Source of the DNA: Chiloscyllium plagiosum
Taxonomy: Eukaryota
DNA length: 34,069 bases
Assembly (NCBI RefSeq): GCF_004010195.1
Contig: NC_057755.1
Location: forward strand, 4,928,316 to 4,962,384
Reading direction: 5' to 3'
Numbering within the stretch: the first letter of the stretch is position 1; each line of letters begins with the position of its first letter. The position numbers were made by a program, and so were the translations under genes. Of this stretch, positions 1 through 10,383 are shown one piece after another. Below the pieces are notes generated by a model that worked only from the letters and a program-made list of their open reading frames with translations, was not told where the DNA came from and made no database searches.

Positions 1-423
1 ATTGGGAAGATTGATGCTGACAAATAGCAAGCCCAGCCATTTGTTAAGATTGGTCTTGTAATCACATAATCCAATTTTTCACGTCGAAGATGCTCATAGT
101 AGCTGTTTGTGACATAAGTCTACACTCTGTTGAATTGTTACTGAGCAGTGAGACCAGATATTTAATCGTCAAACATTTTCTGATGAACGTTTCTATTTAA
201 TTTCATCAAAACCCACCAAAGCATCTGATTTGTTGGAGACTTACAGAGGGTTCCAGGCTGACAGCCTTTATCCAGGAGTAAATTCCACTTCCCCAGACAA
301 TTCCTTTGGAATGTGCTACAATGAGGAATTCGCAGGTCCCCAGTTCAACACTGACCCTGCACTGGTCCTGAGTACTCTATGTGAGGAGTGTGATAGAATA
401 TCCCCCATTTTCCCTTGTTGGGT

Positions 424-888
424 CAAATCCAATAACACTCAAGAAGCTCTGCACCATCCAGGACAAAGCAGACCCTCTTGATTGATACCACAGCCACTAA
501 CATCCCGTCCCTCTTCCAAGGATGCTCTGTAACAGCAGAATATACCATCTTCGTGGAATACTGTAAAACGTCACCAAAGACCCTGAGACATGACCTTGCG
601 AGCCCACACCAATTCGATCTAGAAGGACAAGGGCAACAGATACAAGGGAACATCACTGCCTGCAACTTCCCCTGCAAATCTCTCACCATGCTGCCGTTTC
701 TTCACTGTCGTTGGGTCAAGATTCAAAAATTCCCTCCCGCAGGGCGAGGAGAATCTATTTACAGCACATGGATTGCAGCAGTTCAAGATGACAGCTGACA
801 ACTCCTTCATAGTGGCGTTATGTAGGCATGGGTATTGAATTTTGAGCGAAGCGGTGACGCACACATCCCGCAAGTGAGAATTAAAAAT
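424..888 (+). mobile_element. Degenerate 3' end of a CR1/L2-superclade LINE (ORF2 C-terminus and 3' UTR)
   Basis: Frameshifted translation TLKKLCTIQDKADPL..NIPSL.. then ..GLQQFKMTADNS, ending GACGCACACATCCCGCAAGTGAGAATTAAAAA. The same family occurs inverted at 18045-18645 and 21409-22006. Confidence 0.7.
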
Positions 889-942
889 GATATGTATCGT
901 GTGGAAACCATAGATATCGACTGTGATCTTCACAAATGACTT

Positions 943-1844
943 TTATTTATTGAAAGCGCAAGAAAGTTTTTCAAACAGGTACTTTACTGCATTACATATC
1001 TCCGCTCTAAATCTAGACAACGTTGCTGCATAAATGAACGTGTTTGTGCAACAACTTAGGTTCTGCAGCATAAAACCAACAATACTGAAGTGGTACAGAA
1101 AAGGTGCGTAATCATCAGGGTGGATTTTTTGGATGGCATAATATAAGAAATCTATGACAACGATTAACCACAGGAGGATGAAGCTTCCAGAAATGGTGAA
1201 GAGCAAAATTACAGACTTCTTTCTGCTCTCCATCTCTGGGTCTCTGTGATTCTCACCTATACTCTCACCCTTCAGCCTCTTCCGGACTCGACTGGTCACT
1301 AAAATATGCCTGACTGTCAGAGCATTGAACAAAAGAATCAAAACAAATGGCAGTAAAGGGGTTAAAACCATATCAAGCCAATCTAATGCCACCCACCAAG
1401 TCTCAGTGAAGTAGCTTGATTTTGTATAACAGTAGAATGGCACATTGTTGATTATCATCATAGGTTCATATTCAAAGTAGAAAGGGATGTTTTTCAGACA
1501 GAGCAGGATGCAGGTTGTTGCTAAGACCACAGTAGCCGTTTTCTCAGTGCAATATTTTGTTCTCAGCTTCTGACAACAAATCGTCACAAATCGGTCAAAC
1601 GAGAAAGTGACCGTGAACCAGACAGAACAGTCTCTTGCTGCACGTATCAGGGCCCCAATAACACTGCAAACAGGAGTGATGGACAGGAAAGACTGAGGAT
1701 AATAATAAAAGCGAAAACTCGTCAGCAGAATATCAGTGATAATGACCATCAGATCGGCAGCTGCCATGACCACCAGATAGCGAGTTGTGCAAGGGGAAAC
1801 ATCACACTTTCCCCGGGAAAAGATGACAATTGCCAGCAAATTAA
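943..1844 (-). CDS. Exon 2 of an intact GPR139/GPR142-like class A GPCR (end of TM1 to C-terminus; spliced product 322 aa)
   Basis: Open 902-nt exon after a polypyrimidine acceptor (TTTGTCTTCCACAG|TTAAT). Hydrophobic helices carry class A motifs: TM1 (V)NLLAIV, TM2 AAADL, TM3 SVWFTVTFSFDRFVTIC, TM6 SGSFILLW, TM7 NTFIY, helix 8 SRFR. The ORF-track start at 1857 is intronic. Confidence 0.93.
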
Positions 1845-2684
1845 CTGTGGAAGACAAATACCAAATGACGTGGTGAATTACTGATCAGAAACCCCCTGCC
1901 TTTTCCAGACAGTTACAATAAGATTTTACCACAAAAATCAGCGCACCCTGTGAGTGGAAGTTGGAGGGATTGAGTGAAATTCATTGAGTGAGGGGCCATG
2001 AGTTCAGTCTTCGTCCAAACTCCACAATCTCTAGACTGAGTGTGCAATTTTAAGAATCTGAGACACACCTGAGTGCCCAATGACTCTAAAGATTGTGGAG
2101 TGTGGACAAAGACTGAACTCACCAGCCCTCCGTAGAAAGCAGAGGGAAGGTTTTGATTATGTTCACTTGTAAAATAACTGCGTGAATATCTGTAATAGAT
2201 TCTTAAAGGTCTCAGCTCCAATTTTGGCCAAAACAGAACCTGATGAAAAAACCCGGTTCCCAAATAAATCATAGCACTGGCGATTAGACTGTCAATAAAC
2301 CATACTCTCCTTTTCCCCTTGGATCAGGTCATCCCCGGTTCGTAGCATTGGACCAAATCCTGATCAGAGCCTTAACAGAAGGGGAAACCAATGATCAGTC
2401 AAGATTGCTCCAAGTGTCTTGTGCAAGTGCAGCATATTAGAGCATACAGAGCTCCTTTAGTGACAACGTAAAAGTGTCAGACTGGAATTCCACACATCTG
2501 CACATGAAAAATGTCTCGAGGAACAGAGATTAGGAGGACATTCTGTCAAGATTTGAATCTCCTGACCAGACGGGCTGAGGAGAAGAGAATTTCCAGAAGG
2601 GAGGGTAATTATATGAGGCTTTACGAATCAAAACAGACTGCATATTCACAATACTCAGACGCTTCAAACCGAAGTTGATCAAAA

Positions 2685-2805
2685 TTAACATTTCAGGTTC
2701 ATTCTGAGGAAGAGTCCCCAGACCTGAAACGTTAACTTTAATTTCTCTTCACAGATGCTGTCAGACCTGCTGAGCTTTTCCAGCAACTTCTGTTTAGTTT
2801 TTCAT
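2685..2805 (+). mobile_element. Penelope-like pseudo-LTR fragment with a minimal hammerhead-like core
   Basis: CTGAGGA-AGAGTC-ccca-GACCT-GAAACGTTAAC at 2704-2736, followed by CAGATGCTGTCAGACCTGCTGAGCTTTTCCAGCA, which is shared with other pLTR-like copies in this window. Confidence 0.55.
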
Positions 2806-3373
2806 GCAGCGTATACTTCAACTCCTTTGTTATAACAAAAAACTAATCTGTCTTTGATTTAAAATTCAGGATCTCCATTGCGGTTTCTGGAACAGAGTTT
2901 CAAACTTTCCCGACCTTTGTGCGTCATAGTGCTGACAAACATCTCTCCTGAACACTCTGGCCCTAATTCTCAGACTGTGCTTCCTCACTCTAGATTCCCC
3001 AAAGTCCTCATCTGAATAACAAAAGCAGAAATTACTCAGCATGCCAGGAACATCGGTGGAGAGAAAGCAGAGTTTAATGTAACATTTCCAGAGACCCTTC
3101 TGCAGAAGTAATTTGCATGATCACTCCTCATACCTTCAAACCGCATGAAACCAGAACAGATGGCAGAACACAGAGATCAGAACATGCAGCAGCAGCAGCA
3201 GTGAAGTTGGGAGTCTCTATCAGCAGAGAATTGTACCAAGAATGCTGCTCAGTGAATTGCTGGTGAATTATCCAGATTCTGAATAATGCTGACCAGCTAG
3301 TGAGTTTGTGACATGACAGCAAAGAGCGTAACAGCAGCAGATTAATACAAGTTCACTTATCATAATGCCATAC

Positions 3374-3440
3374 CAGGGATCCCGATAAATGCAAGGATGG
3401 TGTAAAACACTATTTCCAAAAGTTCAATCGTTAGATTCAT
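3374..3440 (-). CDS. Exon 1 of the same GPCR (MNLTIELLEIVFYTILAFIGIP, phase-1 donor)
   Basis: ATG at 3440, 22 codons + G, donor G|GTATGG. It splices in frame to 1844 (G+TT=Val), giving ..AFIGIPVNLL.., a canonical TM1 GxxxN. 67+902=969 nt = 322 aa + stop. N-L-T glycosylation sequon at residue 2. Confidence 0.88.
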
Positions 3441-3510
3441 TTCTCTGCGAGGTGATTTGTCCCTTCAGGCAGCTGACAAGCTCCGTGTTTAAAATCCTGA
3501 GCTGATACAG

Positions 3511-3646
3511 TCCCAGGGACGCTGCCTTATATTGAGTCGAAGCTCCTTGGGGAGATCGAGGTGAGAGCATTGCTCAGTTTTGATGCTGTTTTTCACATTT
3601 CAGTCAGTGAACAAACTAATTGCAATGATGAGTTTAATCCCAATTA
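3511..3646 (-). promoter_or_regulatory. Candidate proximal promoter of the intact GPCR (TATA-like box, O/E-like and homeodomain-like motifs)
   Basis: TATAAG at 3531-3526 (minus strand), about 90 nt upstream of the ATG. TCCCAGGGA 3511-3519, CTCCTTGGGGAG 3543-3554, TAATTG 3617-3622, TAATCC 3635-3640, CAATTA 3641-3646. These are short motifs only. Confidence 0.4.
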
Positions 3647-3937
3647 TGAAGACGTGATGCTGCTTCGAACATTGTCATGAAATAACTAAAATAGAATCTG
3701 GAATCTGCCAGCAATAACGCTGCCCACTCAAATATCAAGAGCTCCATCCCAAGATTATGAATTATTTCAATCGATTCTGCAGCGAAACAGCTTATTCCAA
3801 GTGTGAATATATGTCTCAGAGCTGTTCTTCTGCACTCTATGGTAGGGGCTGCTCCCTATAAACGAGAACATTTCACTGGTTGATTAAAATATGATTCATT
3901 TCACACACTGAATGTGGTTAACAATCATGCAACATCT

Positions 3938-4085
3938 AATAGTCCAACAGGTTTATTCGGAAGCATTACCTTTCAGAGTGCTGCTCTTTCATCAACTACT
4001 TGATAACGGAGCAGTGCTCTGAAAGCTAGTGCTTCCAAGTAAACCCATTGAATATCACCTGGTGTTGTATGATTTTGAACTTTGC
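3938..4085. mobile_element. Inverted pair of Penelope-like pLTR ends (imperfect palindrome)
   Basis: The reverse complement of the left arm (TTGATGAAAGAGCAGCACTCTGAAAGGTAATGCTTCCGAATAAACCTGTTGGACTAT) matches the right arm (TTGATAACGGAGCAGTGCTCTGAAAGCTAGTGCTTCCAAGTAAACC..) and the pLTR end at 14515-14603. Confidence 0.65.
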
Positions 4086-4344
4086 CCACTCCAGTCGAAA
4101 ACCACCTCGTCCACCTTAGTGAATGAATGCATTGCTGCTGAGGTCAACAATTCTTCCTCATCCCCCATTGCTAGGATCTGGAATCACATGAAAAAACAAG
4201 TGAGGTGAATATACTGCCGTATCTGAGAGCACGGGACTGAGTGAACAAGATGGACTTCCAAAATTATAGACATGACTGACTTCACTGTACATCCAAATAC
4301 GTTCCGGACTTCTCTTTCCCTGTCACTCTTTGTTCAGATACAAC

Positions 4345-4710
4345 ACTGAAATCACTCTGATTTTCACTGCCCACCCAGATTCATCACTGATCTCAGTCTT
4401 GCTATCATTCTCCATCCAAGTAAATCACTCACCTCACTCTTATTGTCACACTCCAACTAGATGCTTCACTGGACAAAAGTGAGTACTGCAGATGCTGGAA
4501 ATCAGTGTCTAGGTTAGAGTGGTGCTGGAAAAGCGCAGCAGGTCGGGCAGCATCCGAGGAGCAAGATGAAGGACGTTTGCCCAAAGCGTCGATTTTCCTA
4601 CTCCTCGGATGCTGCCTGACCTGCTGTGCTTTTCCAGCACCACTCTAATCTAGATGCTTCACTGACCTCACTCTTGTTGCCATTGGCCATCCGGATCCAT
4701 TACTGATTTT
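4345..4710. repeat. Degenerate ~41-bp minisatellite (TCACTGACCTCACTCTT.. units), interrupted by a hairpin element
   Basis: Recurrent CACTGA[A/T/C]..TCACTCT(T) units at about 41-nt spacing on both sides of the insertion at 4472-4649. Confidence 0.55.
4472..4649. mobile_element. Hairpin (inverted pLTR) Penelope-like insertion with a 15-bp target-site duplication
   Basis: Arms of about 58 bp at 4508-4565 and 4597-4654. Flanking direct repeat CTAGATGCTTCACTG at 4457-4471 and 4650-4664. A related sequence precedes the GIY-YIG region at 33700. Confidence 0.75.
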
Positions 4711-4924
4711 AGAATAAATCCTTCAGGAAATGATGAGATATTAACTTTCACCTTTAATTATATATTAAGACAATAATCATGATCAAAAGAGAAGAATAAA
4801 ATGAGGTCCATAAGGAGAGAGCACTGTAACATGCTCATAGAACACAAGGATATGGCAGAGATAAAAAATGGATATATTTAATTTGTCTTTACTAAAGTTA
4901 TGTTGAATATTTGACCATGTTTGT

Positions 4925-7097
4925 CTGTGTCACAGTGTGACCACGTACATTCAGGAGACAATGTGTACATGCATGTGTGTGTCCATGTGTTTGGGATCAT
5001 ATATGTGTTTGTATGAGTGGCTGTGTGTGTATAACATGTGTGACTGTGAGTGTGTGAACCTGCATGCACATGTGTAAGCGCAAAAGTGTGAGACTGCATG
5101 TGTTTATGAGACCACAGGTGTGAGTGAGCGCATATGTGACCATATGTGTGTGTGTGTGTGTGTGTGTGCGCATATGTGACCATATGTGTGTCTGTGTGTA
5201 TGCGTGTGTGAGAAAAGAGCGCACGCAGTTGTGAGTGTCCATTTGTGTGACTGTTCAATCTCAATTATATGTGACTGCTCTGTCTGTGCATCTGAATGCT
5301 CGTGCGTGTCTCTGACAATGACTGCGTGTGAGTGACTGTGTGTATGCCTGATCGCATGTGTGTGACTGTATGTGAGTGACCATATATGTGCGAGTGACCA
5401 CATGTATGTGTGACTGTGTGACCGTGTGCATGTGTGAGTGACTATGTATGTGACCACGTGTCTGTATCTGTGACTGCATATTGCTGTAAGACTGTGTGCT
5501 CGTGTGCATGTGTGTGTGAATGTGTATGTGTGTTTGTGTGAGCGTGTCTGTGTGTGAGAGAGTAACTATGTGGATGACTATGTGATTATGTGTTGTGTGA
5601 GAGATCACATGCATGCAACTACTTGTGAGTGATTGTGATTGCGAATGATTGTTGGAGCGGATATGACCACGTGCATGTCACTGTATGTTTGTATGAGATT
5701 TCCTGTGTGTGTGTGTGTGTGTGTGTGAGATTGTGCTTGTGTAAGTTACTGTATGTGATCACAGATGTGTGAGTGACTGCGTGTGGGACCACACGTGTGT
5801 GAGTTCTCAAGTGTGTGAGAGAACACGTGTGTGAGAGATCAATTGTGTGCGTTAGACCATGTATAAGCGATCGTGTGTGTGTGAGAGAGACCATGCATTT
5901 GTGTGACTGTGCATGTGCAGGCCACTGCGTGTGTGTGTGTTTGTGAGAAACCATGAGCGTTTGAGTGACTGCGTTTGTGGATAACCATGTGTTTGCATGT
6001 GATAGCGTGTGTGTGTCACTGCATTTGGGTGTGTGAGACCACATTTGTGTGCGAGTCTGTGTATGTCTGTGTGTGTATGTGTGTGTGAGAGAGAGACCAT
6101 GTGTGTTGGGGTGAGTGACTGAATTTGTGTGTGATTGTGTGTGTGATTGACCACGTGTGTGACATACCATATGCACGGGAGACTGCATGTATGTGTGTGT
6201 GTGACCATGCGTATGTTGATGCATGTGTGTAACTGCGTGTGTGGATGTGAGATTGCATGTGTGGGTGACCACCAGTGTTTGTGTGATCATATCTGTGTGT
6301 GATGATGTCACCGTGTGTGTGAATTGCTGTGTGTGTGTGTATGTGCGTGTGAGACCATGCCAGTGCGTGTGACTGCTTATATGTGTGCGTGTGTGTGTGT
6401 TTGTGTGCATGTATGACTGACTGTGCGCATGGGACCGTGTGTCTGTGAGTGACTGTGCTTTTCTGTGTGTATGATATTGCATGTTAGAGACCGTGTATGC
6501 GTGTATGGGGCCATACATGTGTGTGAGACCACAAGTGTTAGTGACCACATGTCTGTGTGATTCTGACCATGTGTGTGACAGTGTGACTGCATGGATGTGA
6601 GTGTGAATGTGTGGATGTGAGTGACTATGTGTGTGCGCATGTCTGTGTGTGTATGTGACTGCTTGTGTGTGAAGGTGTCTGTGTGTGAACGTGTGTGTGT
6701 GTGACTGCGTGTGTGCGTATGACTTGATGTGGGTCTGTGAGACTGTTTGAGTTTGTGTGACCTTGTCTGTTTGTGAGAGGCCGTGTGCAAGAGTAAATTC
6801 GTATGTGTGACCTTGCATGTGGCAGTGTGAATGTGTGTATGTTTGATTCTGTGTGTGTTTCTTTCTGAGTGTGTGTACATACATGTATCTGTGTGCATGT
6901 ACTTTCTCTTACTGTGTGTCTGTATGCGCGTGTGTGTATGTCTCTGTGTATTTCTGTTTGTGTCTGTGTGTTCCTGTGTGCATGTGTGTATGGGTATGTG
7001 TGACCGTGTGCATGCATGACCATGTATGTATGACTGTGTGCGTCTATGTGCGTCTCCGTGTGTGTGTGTGTGGTGTGTGTGTGTGCAGATACACACA
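4925..7097. repeat. About 2.2-kb degenerate (TG)n-derived low-complexity tract
   Basis: TG/GT dinucleotide background with recurrent GTGACCAC/GTGACTGTG/GAGACCAT words. It generates the spurious His-Thr and Cys-Val ORFs. Confidence 0.95.
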
Positions 7098-7142
7098 CGC
7101 CCTCCGATCTAAATTGCCAAAAAGATTTTTTTAAATCCTTAC

Positions 7143-7385
7143 CTGATTAACGCTCCATATTGAGTCTTTTATTAGATAGGAAGAGGAAGACGGATACATA
7201 ACGTTACACGTGTAGTGTTTCAGGTTTAATCACTGCCCGAATATATTAGTTCATGTACCTAGCAGTTGCCATGTACGCTTCCACTCCTGTTCAGCCTTCG
7301 TTCAGTTGATTCTTGAGGGAAGCATTTAATATTTAAATTTCACTACACAGCTGCCCCCTGGCTTCCGCTCTCTCAACTCCCATGG
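7143..7385 (-). pseudogene. Possible degraded Ig C1-type domain exon
   Basis: Bounded by a strong acceptor (TTCTCCATTTCAG|) and donor (CAG|GTAAGG). Broken translation ..ELIYSGSD*/NLKHYTCNVMYPSS.. resembles the C1 motif L...SxW....YTCxVxHPSS. Stops occur in all frames. Confidence 0.3.
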
Positions 7386-7582
7386 CTGAAATGGAGAAAT
7401 AAATGCTTCCTGTTAACTTTAGTTTAAGAGGACAGTAAATGACAAATTCTATGTGGATTTTCAAATCATTGACTTCTGTTACAACTGAAAGCATTACATG
7501 TCTTGCTTTCCAGTACAGGGCCAAGAACACTGTGTAAACATTAACTCTCTTTGGAAAAGTTGATAGTAGCTACGATTAAATG

Positions 7583-8251
7583 CAACAACGCAAAGTGGCT
7601 GCGCAGAGGCTGATAGCTAAGTTTGTGACCCATCAGGATGGCTTCAACTGGTAACTTGGGTTCATGTCACACTAGAGGTGACCGCACTACATTATACACT
7701 GTCTCTCTCATGGACACACACACACACCATCTTACATTTTCATGCACTCACGCACATTCTCTGTCTCATACACACATAGACATACAGTCCCCACACTCAA
7801 ACCCACGTATACACCCGCTCACAAGCTTATACACAATCACACTCCCACAGTTTACCAAGCTTGTACACACGATAATACACACCGTCTCACGTGTACTCAC
7901 ACTAACATACATATACTCACATGCACATGCACTCTCTCTCTCAGCCCCACGACACATATATAAGTCAATCAGGCTGCATTTGGATTTGCAGAATTATGTT
8001 TGCAGGAACATTCTATTTTGCTCAAAAATACAGTGAACGGAAGAGCATTGGGAGTCAATGCAGGCAGTCAATGCAGGAAATCATTCCATGTATTTTTTTA
8101 AAATTCCACTTTGGAAATAGAATCAGTCTGACTCACGATTGGGATACAGACAGACTCTAGCCTCACAACTTCAATGCATTGTTTGCGCTCTGATGTCACT
8201 TTTTTTGAAAACCTTAAGTTGTCAAGATAATGTGACTTAAAACAAGTACTG
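7583..8251 (+). mobile_element. Penelope-like element 3' part (endonuclease C-terminus and pLTR), left piece
   Basis: QQRKVAAQRLIAKFVTHQDGFNW*LGFMSH* resembles the Penelope GIY-YIG C-terminal ..LIAKFxT..GLNRD.. motif, followed by a CA-rich UTR. It appears to continue at 14373 after the CR1 insertion. Confidence 0.6.
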
Positions 8252-9141
8252 GCATAGAAAGAACATGGAAGAACAAAGAAGATTTACAGCCTAGGACCAG
8301 GTCCTTTGGCCCTACAAGCCTGAGCCGATCCAAATCCATTGTCTAAACCTGTCGCCCAATTCCTAAGCATCTGTATCCCTCTGCTCCCCACCTACTCATG
8401 TTTTTGTCCAGAAATATCTTACATGAATCTACAGTGCCTGTTTCTCCGAGCTCAGCTGGTAACGTGTTCCAGGCACCTACCATCCTTTGTGTAAAGTACT
8501 TGCCACGTGTATTCCCCTTAAACTTTTCACTTTTCACCTTGAAAGTGCGACCTGTCGTTATTGAATCCTTCACTGTGTGAAAAAAGCTTATCTCTATCTA
8601 CCCTGTCGATACCCTTCATGATTTTGTAGACCTCAAGCATGTCCCCCCTCAATCTCCTTTTTTTTTTCTAATGAAACAATCCAAACCTTCTCAACCTCTC
8701 TTCATAGCTCGCACATTTCATACCAAGCAATGTCCTCGTAAACCTTCTCTGCACCCTCTCCAAAATGTCTGCATCCATTTGGTAATGTGGTGACCAGCAC
8801 TGTGCACAGTATTCTAAATGCGGCCAAACCAATACTTTGTACAATTTTAACATGACGTGCCAGTTCTTACACTCAATACCCTGTCCGATGAAGGCAAGCA
8901 TATAATATGCCCTCTCGACCATTTTATCCACCTGTGCGGCAACCTTCAAGGTACAAAGGACCTGAACTCCCAGATCTCTCTGGTCATCAACTTTTCCCAA
9001 TGCTCTTCCGTTCACTGTATAATTCACTCGAGAATTACTTACCAAAATGCATCACCTCACATTTGCCTGGATTGAATTCAATCTGCCACTTCTCCGCCCA
9101 ACTCTCCAGAATATCTAAATTCTCCTGTATTCGTTGACAGT

Positions 9142-10383
9142 TGATTGAGTTTTTTGAAGAAGTAACAAAAAGGATTGATGAGGGCAGAGCAGTAGATGTG
9201 ATCTATGTGGACTGGAATAAGGCGTTCGACAAGGTTCCCCATGGGAGACTGATTAGCAAGGTTAGATCTCATGGAATACAGGGAGAACTAGCCACTTGCG
9301 TACAGAACTGGCTTAAAGATAGAAGACAGAGGGTGGTGTAGGAGGGTTGTTTTTCAGACTGGAGGCCTGTGACCAGTGGAGTGCAACAAGGATCGGTGCT
9401 GGGTCCTCTACTTTTTGTCATTTACATAAATGATTTGGATGTGAGCATAAGAGGTACAGTTAGTAAGTTTGCGGATGACACCAAAATTGCAGGTGTAGTG
9501 GACAGCGAAGAGGGTTACCTCAGATTACAACAGGATCTGGACCAGATGTGCCAATGGACTGAAAAGTGGCAGATGGAGTTTAATTTAGATAAATGCGAGG
9601 TGCTGCATTTTGGGAAAGCAAATCTTAGCAGGACTTATACACTTAATGGTAAGGTCCTAGGGAGTGTTGCTGAACAGAGACCTTGGAGTGTTGGTTCAAA
9701 TCTCCTAGAAAGTGGAGTCGTAGGTGGATAGGATAGTGAAGAAGGCATTTGGTATGCTTTCCTTTATTGGTCAGAGTATTGAGTACAGCAGTTGGGAGGT
9801 CATGCTGCGGCTGGACAGGATATTAGTTAGGCCACTGTTGGAATATTGCGTGCAATTCTGGTCTCCTTCCTATCAAAAAGATATTGTGATACTTGAAAGG
9901 GTTCAGAAAAGATTGACAAGGATGTTGCCAGCGTTGGAGGATTTGAGCTACAGGGAGAGGCTGAACAGGCTAGGGGTGTTTTCCCTGGAGCGTCGGAGGC
10001 TGAGGGGTGACCTTATAGAGGTTTATAAAATTATGAGGGGCATGGATAGGATAAATAGACAAAGTCTTTTCCCTGGGGTCGGGGAGTGCAGAACTAGAGC
10101 ACATAGGTTTAGGGTGAGAGGGGAAAGATATAAGGAGACCTAAGGGGCAACATTTTCACGCAGAGGGGTGTGCATGTATGGAATGAGCTGCCAGAGGACG
10201 TGGCGGAGGCTGGTACAATTGCAACATTTAAGAGGCATTTGGATGGGTATATGAACACGAAGTGTTTGGAGGGATATGGGCCGGGTGCTGGCAGGTGGGA
10301 CTAGGTTCGGTTGGGGTATCTGGTCGGCATAGATGGGTTGGACTGAAGGGTCTGTTTCCATGCTGTACGTCTCTATGACTCTA
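9142..10383 (+). mobile_element. CR1 LINE 'B' (5'-truncated), inserted antisense into CR1 A
   Basis: RT motifs KAFDKVPH, QGSVLGPLLF, SKFADDTKI, LEYCVQFWSP. CTCTATGA tandem tail. 7-bp TSD TGACAGT at 9135-9141 and 10384-10390; removing B restores the host reading EDCQRIQENLD. Confidence 0.93.

Noticed and set aside
1845..1857. ORF-track start MSST of the 304-aa GPCR
   Set aside because: A non-ATG start inside the intron's polypyrimidine tract; TM1 is completed only by the exon at 3374-3440.
943..3440. Assigning the symbol GPR139 or GPR142
   Set aside because: Similarity is family-level only, and multiple local paralogues argue against one-to-one orthology.
4345..4710. CRISPR-like repeat/spacer pattern
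   Set aside because: Eukaryotic context, units degenerate along their whole length, no cas genes; a minisatellite.
4878..7134. Long His/Thr-rich and Cys/Val-rich ORFs (e.g. 421 aa at 5619-6884)
   Set aside because: Translation of TG/CA low-complexity DNA; open in several frames at once, with no domain structure.
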